DNA of 64,000 bases from an uncultured Gemmatimonadales bacterium. GTDB taxonomy: Bacteria; Gemmatimonadota; Gemmatimonadetes; Longimicrobiales; Longimicrobiaceae. The notes under the pieces were generated by a model that did not search any database, had not been told where the DNA came from, and was given only the letters and a program-made list of their open reading frames with translations. The stretch spans positions 2,400,001 to 2,464,000 of the forward strand of contig OY970303.1 of the NCBI GenBank assembly GCA_963716255.1. Reading direction: 5' to 3'. Positions 1 through 12,300 of the stretch are shown piece after piece. The translations under genes were made by a program, and so were the position numbers. Numbering within the stretch: the first letter of the stretch is position 1; every line of letters starts with the position of its first letter.

Positions 1-305
1 CCTCCACGGCGGCAAGGCGCACGGCCTCCGCCTCGCGCTCCGCCTCCGGCAGCCCACGCAGGTCCAGTTCCACGAGCGCGGCCGGGGCGGGCGGGTGAAT
101 CACCTGCACCGGCGCGCCGGCGCGCTCCTCGAAGACCGTGCGCAGCGCCTCGTGGCGCCGCACCAGCTCCGCCAGGCTGAGGCGCAGCGCGATCGCGTCC
201 AGCGTGCCGCGCAGGCGCGTCGCGCTGGGCATGTTGTAGGCGGCGCTCCCCGGCTCCAGCCGGTCCACCAGCCACAGCCGCTGCTGCGCGAACGACAGCG
301 GCAGC
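1..305 (-). other. Start of the 12th condensation domain (truncated by the window)
   Basis: PLSFAQQRLWLVDRLEPGSAAYNMP...RHEALRTVF. Confidence 0.9.
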
Positions 306-3300
306 GGCGCGCCGTCACGCGGGACGGGTACGATCGGTGGCGTCGCCGGACCGGAGCCGTCGCCCCGCAGCGCCTCGATGCGCGCGCCGAGCGCGGCCAC
401 CGTGGGCGCCTCGAAGAGCGCCCGCAGCGGCACCTCCACCCCGAACGCCTGCCGCGCGCGCGACGCCACCTGCGTGGCCAGCAGCGAGTGGCCCCCCAGC
501 TCGAAGAAGCTCTCTTCCGCCCCGACGCGCTCCAGGCGCAGCACCTCCGCCCAGATCCCCGCCAGCACCTCCTCGGTCGGCGTGCGCGGCGCCACGTACT
601 CCGCGCCCTGCTCCGGGGCCGGCAGCGCCCGCCGGTCCACCTTGCCGTTGGGGGAGAGCGGAATGCTCTCCAGCGCGACGAAGGCGCCCGGAACCATGTA
701 GTCCGGCAGCCGCTCCGCCAGGCGCGCCCGCAGCTCCGCGGCGGCGAGCTCCACTCCCGCCCGCGGGACCACGTAGGCGGCGAGCCGCTTCTGCCCCGGC
801 GTGTCCTCGCGCACCACGACCACGGCCTCGTGCACCCCCTCCTGCTCCAGCAGCACCGCCTCGATCTCCCCCGGCTCGATGCGGAAGCCGCGGATCTTGA
901 CCTGCTGGTCGATGCGCCCCAGGAACTCCAGCTCCCCGTCCGCCCTGCGGCGCACCCGGTCGCCCGTGCGGTACAGGCGCGCGCCGGGACCGGTGCCGAA
1001 CGAGTCCGGCACGAACTGCGTCGCCGTCGCGTCCGGGCGTCCCAGGTAGCCGCGCGCCACCCCGGCGCCCGCCAGGCACAGCTCGCCCGGCACCCCGGCG
1101 GGCAGCAGGTTCCCCGCCGCGTCCAGCACGTGCATCCCCACGCCCGGCAGCGGCCGCCCCACCATCTGCCAGTCGTAGCTCGTCCCGCGCTGAAGCGGCG
1201 TGGCCGAGCTGATCATGGTGTTCTCGGTGGGGCCGTACATCGCCCACACCCGCGCCGCCGGGAAGGCCGCGCGCGTCTGCTCCAGCAGGTCGGGCGCGAT
1301 GGCGTCGCCGCCGATGAACACCCCGCGCATGCGCGGCAGCGTCCCCGGGCCGGCCTGCACGCGCGCCACCACCTCGCGCATCAGTGCGGGCACCGCGTGC
1401 ACTCCGTCGACCGTGGCCAGCTCCTCCACCAGGCGCTCCGTGTCGCGCACCGTCTCCTGCGGGAGAAGCCGCACCTGGCCGCCGGCCAGCAGTGGCGCGA
1501 ACACCTCGAAACCCCAGATGTCGAAGGCATAGCTGGCCATCCCCGGGAACACGTCTCCCGCGGCGAACCCGTAGGTGTCGCGCGTGGCGAGCAGCGTGCT
1601 CACCAGGCTGGCGTGCTCCACCACCACGCCCTTGGGCCTGCCGGTGGAGCCGGAGGTGTAGATGACGTACGCCGCGCTGCGGACGCCGGCGCCGCTCTCC
1701 GGCGCCTCCTCGGGCTCGGCGGCGATGTCCTGGCGGTCCGCGTCCAGGCGGACGAGCCCGCCCCTGAAGGCGGGGAGCGCGTCCGCCAGCCGGCCCCGCG
1801 AGACCAGCAGCGCCGCGCCGGAGTCGGCCAGCGTGTAGGCCAGGCGGTCGGCCGGGTGGTCCGGGTCCAGCGGCACGTACGCCCCGCCCGCCTTGAGCAC
1901 GCCGAGCACGCTCACCACCATCTCCAGCGAGCGCTCCAGGCAGATGGCCACCCGCACTTCCGGCCCCACCCCGCGGCGGCGGAGGTGGTGGGCCAGCCGG
2001 TTGGCGGCGCTCTCCAGCCCGGCGTACGCGAGCGACTCGCCGCCGAAGGCGACCGCCGGCGCTCCAGGAGTTCGCCCGGCCTGCGCCGCGATCATCTCAT
2101 GCACGCACGCCGTCGGCAGCCCCAGCGGCTCCGCGGTCGAGCCGGCCAGCAGCTGCGCCCGCTCGCCGTCGCGCAGCAGCGACAGCTGCGACAGGTGCCG
2201 CCGCGGGTCGGCGGCCATCGCCTCCAGCACCGTCTCCAGGTGCCCCGCCAGGCGCGCCATGGTGGCGGCGTCGAAGAGGCCGGAGCGGAACACGAGCGCG
2301 CCGGCCAGCGCCTCGCCCGCCTCGTCGAGCACCAGGTCCAGGTCGAACTTGGCGGTGCTCCCGCCCGCGCCGAACGGCGCCATCTCCACGTCGCCCAGGC
2401 GCAGCTGGTCGCCCTCCGCGCCGGCACGGTGCAGCACGAAGACCGCCTGCACCAGCGGCGCGTGCGTCAGCGAGCGCTCCACGTCCAGCTCCTCCACCAG
2501 GCGCTCGAAGGGGAGGTCCTGGTGGTCGTAGGCGCCCAGTGCCGTCTCTCGGACGCGCGCCAGCAGCTCGCTCCAGGCGGGGTCCCCGCCCAGCTCCGTC
2601 CGCAGCACGAGCAGGTTGACGAAGAAGCCAATCAGCCCCTCGATCTCGCGGCGGCTCCGCCCCGCGACGGGGCTCCCCACCAGCACGTCGTCCTGCCCCG
2701 CGTAGCGGCCTAGCAGCACCTGCCAGCCGGCGAGCACGGTCATGAACAGCGTGGCCCCTTCACGCTGCGAGAGCGCCCTCAGCCCCTGCGACACCCCCGG
2801 CGAGAGGGCGAAGGCGTGGCTCGCCGTGGCGGGGCTCTGCCCCAGCCCGCGCGGGCGGTCCGTGGGGATCTCCAGCAGCGGGGGGGCGCCCCGCAGCTTG
2901 TCCCGCCAGTAGCCGAGCTGTGCCTCCAGCCCCGCGCCGCTCAGCCGCTCGCGCTGCCACACGGCGTAGTCCGCGTACTGCACCGGCAGCTCCGCCAGCG
3001 GCGAGGGCTCGCCCCGGGTGAAGGCGCCGTACAGGGCGGACGCCTCCCGCACCAGCACGTTCCGGCTCCAGCCGTCGCTGACGATGTGGTGCAGCGTCAG
3101 CAGGAGGACGTGGTCGTCGTCGGCCAGGCGCAGCAGCGTGCAGCGCAGCAGCGGTCCGCGCGTCAGGTCGAAGGGCCGCCGCGCCTCGTCGGCGGCGAGC
3201 CGCTCCGCCCGGCGCACCGCGTCCGGAGCGCCGCGCAGGTCGATGAGCGGCAGCTCCACCGGCGCGTGCGGGTGGACGAGTTGCACGGGCAGGCCGCCGC

Positions 3301-6300
3301 GCTCGCCGAACGTGGTGCGCAACGCCTCGTGGCGCCGCACCACCTCGCCGAGGCTCGCCCGCAGCGCGCCCGCGTCCAGCCCACCGCCCAGGCGCAGTGC
3401 GTAGGACATGTTGTACGCGGGGCTGCCCGGATCCAGGCGGTCGACCACCCACAGCCGCTGCTGCGCGAAGGACACCGGCAGCGGCGCCTCGCGCGAGACC
3501 CGCTCCATCGGTGGCGCCACCGACGTGCCCGCGCTGCGCAGCGCCTCGATGCGCCCGGCCAGTGCGCCCACGGTCTGGGCCTCGAACAGGGCGCGCAGCG
3601 GCACCTCCACCCCGAAGGCCCGCCGCGCGCGCGACACCACCTGCGTGGCCAGCAGCGAGTGCCCCCCCAGGTCGAAGAAGCCCTCCTCCACCCCCACCCG
3701 CTCCACCCTCAGCACCTCCGACCAGATCCCCGCCAGCACCTCCTCGACCACCGTCCTCGGCGCCACGTACAGGTCCTCCGCCGGCCCGTATGCCGGCGCC
3801 GGCAGAGCCCGCCGGTCGACCTTGCCGTTCCTCGTCACCGGCAGCCGCTCCAGCACCACGTACGCTCCGGGCACCATGTACTCCGGCAACCGCTCCGCCG
3901 CGTGCGCCCGCAGCCCGGCCGCGCTCAGCTCCGCCCCCGCCTCGCCCGTCACGTACGCCACCAGCCGCGGCTGCCCCGGAACGTCCTCCCGCAGCAGCAC
4001 GGTCGCCTCCCTCACCTGCCCATGCCCTCGCAGGGTCGCCTCGATCTCCCCCAGCTCCACCCGGTAGCCGCGCACCTTCACCTGGTGGTCCGTCCGCCCC
4101 AGGAACTCCACCTCCCCGTCCGCGCGCCGCCGACCCACGTCCCCCGTCCGGTACAGCCGCGCGCCCGCAACGCCCCGGTGCGGGTCCGGGAGGAAGCGCT
4201 CCGCCGTCAGCTCGGGCCTGCCCAGGTAGCCGCGCGCCATCCCCGCCCCACCGATGTACAGCTCCCCGGCCACCCCCACCGGAACCGGCTCCAGGCCCGC
4301 GTCCAGCACGTACAGCTGCGTGTTCGCCACCGCGCGCCCAATCGGCGGGTCGCCCCCCTCCCACGAGTACGCGCTGGAGGTCATGCGGATCCCCGCCTCC
4401 GTCGCCCCGTACCCGTTGAAGAAGCGACGCCCCGCGCCCCACCGCTTCACCAGCTCCGCCGCCAGCACCTCGCCACCGGTGACGATGGTCTTCAACTCCG
4501 GCAGCGTCTCCACCGGCGTGACCGCCAGCGCCGAGGGCATGATCTTCAGGTGCGTGATCCGCTGCTCCCTCAACACCCGCAGCAGGTCCTCGCCCGGCAG
4601 CAGCGCCTCGCGGCGGGCAAGCACCAGCTCCGCCCCGTTGCACAGCGCCGTGAAGATGTCGGCCACCGAGGCGTCGAAGAACAGCGGCGCGTACGCCAGG
4701 TTCCGCTCGCCGGGAGCGGCGCCGTAGACGCGGCCCAGCTCCAGAAAGGTGTTGCCCACGCCGCGGTGGTCGCAGAGCACGCCCTTGGGTCGGCCCGTGG
4801 ACCCCGAGGTGTAGATGATGTAGGCCAGGTTGTCGGGATGGACGCCGGTGAGTGGAGCCTCCTCGCTCTCCCGCGAGATGCGCTCGGCTTCCGCGTCGAC
4901 CACCAGGAGCGGCACGCCCCAGTCGCGCAGCCGGTCCGCGAGCGCGGCCTGAGTGAGCAGGAGGGCCGGGGCGGCGTCGCGCAGCATGTAGGCGCGACGC
5001 TCGGCGGGGAGCTCGGGATCCAGCGGCAGGTAGGCGCCGCCGGCCAGGAGCACACCCAGCACCGAGACGACTACCTCCGGAGCCGCCTCCATGCAGACGG
5101 CCACGCGGGTCTCGGGGCCGACGCCCTCCCGCCGCAGCCGGTTGGCGAGCCGGCATGAGCGCCGGTAGAGCTCGGCGTAGCCGAGGCGCTGCTCCTCGAA
5201 GCGCAGGGCGGGCGCATCGGGGGTGCGCAGCACCTGTGCGTGCACCAGCTCGTGGATGCACAGATTGCCGCTGTAGACGGTGTCGGGCCCGTTCCAGGCG
5301 TACAGCAGTTGCTCACGCTCGGCGCCGCGCAGCAGCGGCGCCTCCGAGAGGCGCTGCCCCGGCGCGGCCACCATCGCTTCCAGCAGGGCCTTGAGGTGCT
5401 CGACCATACGCGCGACCGTCTCCGCTTCGAAGAGCCTTTCGCGGTAGGTGAGCGACGCCGTGAGCGCTTCCTCCTCGTCCATCACGGCCAGGTTCAGGTC
5501 GAACCGCGCTACGCCCTCACCCTCCCCGAACGGCTCCAGCTTCACCTCGCCCAGAGACAGCTCCTCGCGTCCGCTGATGCGGTTGAGCCCGAAGACCACC
5601 TGGAAGAGCGGCGCGTGCGTGGTGCTGCGGTCCGTGACCAGCTCCTCCACGATCCGCTCGAAGGGCAGATCCTGGTGCTCGAAGGCGCCCAGCGCCGCTT
5701 CCCTTACCCGGCCCAGCAGCTCCGCCCACGTGGGATCGCCGCCCAGGTCCGTGCGCAACGCGAGCATGTTGACGAAGAAGCCGATCAGCCCCTCCGTCTC
5801 CGCACGCGTCCGCCCCGCGACGGGGCTGCCCACGACTACGTCGTCCTGCCCGGCGTAGCGGCCCAACAGTGCCTGCCACCCCGACAGCATGGTCATGAAC
5901 AGCGTTGTGCCCTCGCGGCGAGAGAGCGCCCGCAGCTCGTTCGACAGCCCGGCTGGCAGTGCGAAGCCGTGGCTGCCCGAGCGCGGGCTCAGCCCCGGGA
6001 CGCGCGGGCGGTCGACCGGGACCTCCAGCACCGGGGGGGCGCCTCGCAGCGTTTCCCGCCAGAAGCTGAGCCGCTCCTCCAGCGTCTCGCCAGAGAGCCA
6101 CCGGCGCTGCCAGACGGCGAAATCGGCGTACTGGACCTCCAACTCCGGCAGCTCCGCCGCCTCGCCGCGCAGGGCGGCGTAGAGCGCGGAGACCTCGCGC
6201 ACCAGTACGCCGCGGCTCCAGCCGTCGGTGACGATGTGGTGCATGGTGAAGCACAGCACGTGGTCGTCGTCGTCCAGGCGCAGCAGCGTGCACCGGAGCA

Positions 6301-9300
6301 GCGGCCCGCGCGCCAGGTCGAACGGGAGCAGCGCCTCCTCTGATGCCAGCCGCTCGGCCTCGGCCTCACGCTCCGCTTCGGGCAGGTGCCGCAGGTCCAG
6401 CTCCACCAGCGCGACCGGGGCGGGCGGGTGGATCACCTGCACGGGCCCGCGCTCGTGCTCGGCGAAGACCGTGCGCAGCGTCTCGTGGCGCCCCACCAGC
6501 GCGTCCAGGCTGGCCCGCAGGGCGCGGGGGTCCAGCGCACCGCGTAGACGCAGCGCATACGGCATGTTGTAGGCGGGGCTGTTCGGATCCAGGCGGTCGA
6601 CCACCCACAGCCGCTGCTGCGCGAAGGACACCGGCAGCGGCGCCTCGCGCGAGACCCGCTCCATCGGTGGCGCCACCGACGTGCCCGTGCCGCGCAGCGC
6701 CTCGATGCGCCCGGCCAGTGCGCTCACGGTCTGGGCCTCGAACAGGGCGCGCAGCGGCACCTCCACCCCGAAGGCCCGCCGCGCGCGCGACACCACCTGC
6801 GTGGCCAGCAGCGAGTGCCCCCCCAGGTCGAAGAAGCCCTCCTCCACCCCCACCCGCTCCACCCTCAGCACCTCCGACCAGATCCCCGCCAGCACCTCCT
6901 CGACCACCGTCCTCGGCGCCACGTACAGGTCCTCCGCCGGCCCGTACGCCGGCGCCGGCAGAGCCCGCCGGTCGACCTTGCCGTTCCTCGTCACCGGCAG
7001 CCGCTCCAGCACCACGTACGCTCCGGGCACCATGTACTCCGGCAACCGCTCCGCCGCGTGCGCCCGCAGCCCGGCCGCGCTCAGCTCCGCCCCCGCCTCG
7101 CCCGTCACGTACGCCACCAGCCGCGGCTGCCCCGGAACGTCCTCCCGCAGCAGCACGGTCGCCTCCCTCACCTGCCCATGCCCTCGCAGGGTCGCCTCGA
7201 TCTCCCCCAGCTCCACCCGGTAGCCGCGCACCTTCACCTGGTGGTCCGTCCGCCCCAGGAACTCCACCTCCCCGTCCGCGCGCCGCCGACCCACGTCCCC
7301 CGTCCGGTACAGCCGCGCGCCCGCAACGCCCCGGTGCGGGTCCGGGAGGAAGCGCTCCGCCGTCAGCTCGGGCCTGCCCAGGTAGCCGCGCGCCATCCCC
7401 GCCCCACCGATGTACAGCTCCCCGGCCACCCCCACCGGAACCGGCTCCAGGCCCGCGTCCAGCACGTACAGCTGCGTGTTCGCCACCGCGCGCCCAATCG
7501 GCGGGTCGCCCCCCTCCCACGAGTACGCGCTGGAGGTCATGCGGATCCCCGCCTCCGTCGCCCCGTACCCGTTGAAGAAGCGACGCCCCGCGCCCCACCG
7601 CTTCACCAGCTCCGCCGCCAGCACCTCGCCACCGGTGACGATGGTCTTCAACTCCGGCAGCGTCTCCACCGGCGTGACCGCCAGCGCCGAGGGCATGATC
7701 TTCAGGTGCGTGATCCGCTGCTCCCTCAACACCCGCAGCAGGTCCTCGCCCGGCAGCAGCGCCTCGCGGCGGGCAAGCACCAGCTCCGCCCCGTTGCACA
7801 GCGCCGTGAAGATGTCGGCCACCGAGGCGTCGAAGAACAGCGGCGCGTACGCCAGGTTCCGCTCGCCGGGAGCGGCGCCGTAGACGCGGCCCAGTTCCAG
7901 AAAGGTGTTGCCCACGCCGCGGTGGTCGCAGAGCACGCCCTTGGGTCGGCCCGTGGACCCCGAGGTGTAGATGACGTAGGCCAGGTTGTCGGGATGGACG
8001 CCGGTGGCTGGCGCCTCCTCGCTCTCCCGCGCGATACGCTCGGCTTCCGCGTCGACCACCAGGAGCGGCACGCCCCAGTCGCGCAGCCGGTCCGCGAGCG
8101 CGGCCTGAGTGAGCAGGAGGGCCGGGGCGGCGTCGCGCAGCATGTAGGCGCGACGCTCGGCGGGGAGCTCGGGATCCAGCGGCAGGTAGGCGCCGCCGGC
8201 CAGGAGCACACCCAGCACCGAGACGACTACCTCCGGAGCCGCCTCCATGCAGACGGCCACGCGGGTCTCGGGGCCGACGCCCTCCCGCCGCAGCCGGTTG
8301 GCGAGCCGGCATGAGCGCCGGTAGAGCTCGGCGTAGCCGAGGCGCTGCTCCTCGAAGCGCAGGGCGGGCGCATCGGGGGTGCGCAGCACCTGTGCGTGCA
8401 CCAGCTCGTGGATGCACAGATTGCCGCTGTAGACGGTGTCGGGCCCGTTCCAGGCGTACAGCAGTTGCCCACGCTCGGCGCCGCGCAGCAGCATCACCTC
8501 CGAGAGGCGCTGCCCCGGGTGCGCCGCCGCCATGGCCTCCAGCAGCACCTCGAAGTGGCCGCCCATCCGCGCGGCCGTCTCCGCCTCGAACAGCCCCGTC
8601 CGGTAGAGCAGCGCCCCCGAGAGCCCCTCGTCCTCGTCCAGCATCCTCAGGTTCAGGTCGAACTTGGTCTCCTCCAGCTCGCCCCCGAACGGCTCCAGCC
8701 GCACTGTGCCCAGCGACAGCCGCTCGTCCCGCGCCCCGGCGCGGGTCAGCGCGAAGACCGCCTGGAAGACGGGGGAATGCGTCAGGCTGCGCTCGGTCGC
8801 CAGCTCGTCCACCAGCCTCTCGAAGGGGAGGTGCTGGTGGACGTACGCCCCCAGCGCCCTTTCATGCACCCGCCCCAGCAGCTCGGCCCAGGTGGGATCG
8901 GCCGCCAGGTCACCGCGCATGGCCAGCATGTTGACGAAGAAGCCGATGAGCCCCTCCAGCTCGACCCGCGTACGCCCGGCGATGGGCGTGCCGACGACCA
9001 CGTCATCCTGCCCCGAGTAGCGGCCAAGCAGCGTCTGCCAGGCGGCCATCAGCGTCATGAACAGCGTGGTGCCCTCGCGCCGCGAGAGCGCCCGCAGCCC
9101 GGCCGTGGTCGCGGCCGGGAGCGCGAAGCGGTGCATCCCCGCGCGCGTGCTCTGCGCCGCGGAGCGTGGGCGGTCGGTGGAGATCTCCAGGAGCGGGGGG
9201 GCGCCTCGCAGCTGTTCCTTCCAGAAGCCGATCTGCTCGTCCAGCACCTCGCCGCTCAGCCACTCGCGCTGCCACACGGCGAAGTCGGCGTACTGCACCG

Positions 9301-12300
9301 GCAGCTCGGGGAGCGCCGGCTCCTCGCCGCGGCTGAAGGCTGCGTAGAGCGCGGAGACCTCGCGCACCAGCACGTCCATGCTCCAGCCGTCGGTGACCAC
9401 GTGGTGCACGGTGAAGCACAGCACGTGGTCGTCCTCGCCCAGGCGCAGCAGCGTGCTCCGCAGCAGCGGGCCGCGCGCCAGGTCGAACGGGCGCAGCGAC
9501 TCCTCGCCCGCGAGCCGCTCCGCCTCCGGCTCCCGCGCCGCGGCCGGCAGACCGCGCAGGTCGAGATCGAGCACGACCACCGGAACGGCCGGGTGGATGT
9601 GCTGCACGGGCACGCCCGCGTGCTCCACGAACGTGGTGCGCAGCGTCTCGTGCCGCCGCACCAGCGCGTCCAGGCTGGCCCGCAGCGCCGCCGTGTCCAG
9701 TTCGCCGCCGAGGCGCAGCGCGTACGACAGGTTGTAGGCGGGGCTGTCCGGCTCGATCCGGTTCACCACCCACAGCCGCTGCTGCGCGAACGACAGCGGC
9801 AGCGCTGAGCCCTCGCGCGGCACCGGTACCATGGGCGGCGCCAGCCGGGTGCCCGTGCCGCGCAGCGCCTCGATCCGCCCGGCCAGCCCGGCCACGGTGG
9901 GCGCCTCGAACAGCGCCTTCAGCGCCACCTCCACCCCGAAGGCCACGCGCACCCGCGAGACCACCTGCGTGGCCAGCAGGCTGTGACCCCCCAGCCCGAA
10001 GAAGTTCACCTCCGCACCCACCCGCTCCACCCCCAGCACCTCCGCCCAGATCCCCGCCAGCACCTCCTCCGCGGGCGTCCTCGGCGCCGTGTACGCGTCC
10101 AGAGCGGTCCCGCGATCCGGCGCCGGCAGCGCGCGACGGTCCACCTTGCCGTTGGCGTTCAGCGGCAGCTTGTCCAGCGTCACGAAAGCGCCCGGCACCA
10201 TGTACTCCGGCAGCCGCTCCCCCAGGCGCGCCCGCAGATCGGCCGTCGAGAGCTCCGCACCCGCCTGCGGCACCACGTACGCCACCAGCCGCTTCTGACC
10301 GGGCACGTCCTCCCGTACCGTGACCACCGCCTCCCGCACGCCCGGGGCCTCCAGCAGCGCCGCCTCGACCTCGCCCGGCTCGATGCGGAAGCCGCGCAGC
10401 TTGACCTGCTCGTCCATGCGCCCCAGGAACTCCACCTCGCCCCCCGGCAGCCAGCGTACCCGGTCCCCCGTTCGGTACGCCCGCGCCCCCGCGGCCCCGA
10501 AGGCGTCCGGGACGAAGCGCTCCGCCGTCCGCTCCGGGCGGCCCAGGTAGCCACGCCCCACCCCCTCCCCCGCGATGTACAGCTCCCCCGCCACGCCCAC
10601 CGGCACTGGCTGCCCGGACCGGTCCAGCACGTAGAGGCGCACGTTCCCCGTGGCACGACCCACCGGCAGGTTGCTCCAGCGCGACCCGTCCTCGCCCGCC
10701 TCCAGGCGCAGCGTGGTGGAGGTGCAGGCCGTCTCCGTCAGCCCGTAGACGTGCACCAGCGGCAGGCGCAGCTCGGCCCACTCGCGCAGCCGCTGCGGCG
10801 CGATCCGCTCACCCCCCACCAGCACCAGGCGCACGCTCTGCGGCACGCGCCATCCCTGCCCGCTCAGCTCGCGCACCCACTCGTGCCAGTACGCCGTGGG
10901 CAGCTCGAAGACGCTCACCCCCTGCTGCCCCACCACCTCCAGCAGCTCGGCCGGTGAGAGCAGGTTGCTGCGCGAGAACACCACGCAGGCGCCGCTGAGC
11001 CAGGCGGGGAACAGCTCCTCCACGACCACGTCGAAGCCGGGCGAGGCGAACTGGAGCACCCGGTCCTCCCCACACAGGCCGATGCGCTGCGCCATGTCGG
11101 CGGCGTAGTTGACCAGGGCCCGGTGCTGCACCATGGCGCCCTTGGGCGTGCCGGTCGAGCCCGAGGTGTAGATGGCGTAGGCCAGGTTGTCCGCCATGGC
11201 GCCGCTGCGGGGCGCCTCCGCCGGGGCGCCAGCCAGCTCGTCCCGCAGCGCGTCCGGGACGAGGAGGGGCACACCGGCGCTGGAGTAGCTCCCGGCCAGC
11301 TCCGCCTGCGTCAGCAGCAGGGCGGCCCCGCAGTCGCGCAGCATGGAGGCGCAGCGCTCGGCCGGGTAGGCGGGGTCCAGCGGGACGTAGGCGCCGCCGG
11401 CCTTGAGCACCGCCAGGATGCACACGGCCATCTCGGGCCCCTTCTCCACGCCGATGCCCACGCGGGTCTCGGGGCCGACGCCGCGCCTCCGCAGCAGGTG
11501 CGCCAGGCGATTGGCCTGCCCCTCCAGCTGCGCGTAGGTCAGGCTCCGGTCCTCGAAGCGCACCGCCGCGGCTCCGGGCGTGCGCGAGGCCTGGGCGGCG
11601 AAGAGGTCGTGGATGCAGGCGTGGCGGGGGAAGTCGGCGGCGGTGGCGTTCCACGCCTCCAGCACCTGTGCGCGCGCGCTCCCGCCCAGCAGGGACAGCT
11701 CCGAGAGGCGGCACTGCGGCCGGCCGGCCATGGCCTCCAGCACGAGGGCCAGGTGCCCGGCCATGCGCTCGACGGTGGCGGCATCGAACAGTGCCTGGCG
11801 GAAGCGCAGCGCACCGCGAAGGGCCTCTTCCGTGTCGACCAGGGTGAGGTCCAGGTCGAACTGTGCCAGCGGCTCCCCCCGGCCGAAGGGCGCGATGCCC
11901 ACCTCGCCCAGCGCGAGCCCCTCGTCCGCGGCGGCGCGCTCCAGCTCGAAGGTGACCTGGAACACCGGGTCGTGGTTGAGGCTGCGCTCCACGTCCAGCG
12001 CCTCCACCAGCCGCTCGAAGGGCAGCTCCTGGTGCTCGTACGCCCCCAGCGCCGTCTCCCGCACCCGCCCCAGCAGCTCGCTCCACGTGGGGTCTCCGCT
12101 CAGGTCGCCGCGCAGCGCCAGCATGTTGACGAAGAAGCCGATCAGCCCTTCCGTTTCCCGCCGGGTGCGCCCCGCGATGGGGGTACCCACCACCACCTCG
12201 TCCTGCCCCGCGTAGCGGCCCAGCAGCACCTGCCAGGCGGCAAGCGACGTCATGAACAGCGTCGTCCCCTCTGCGCGCGAGAGCGCCCGCAGCCCGCTCG

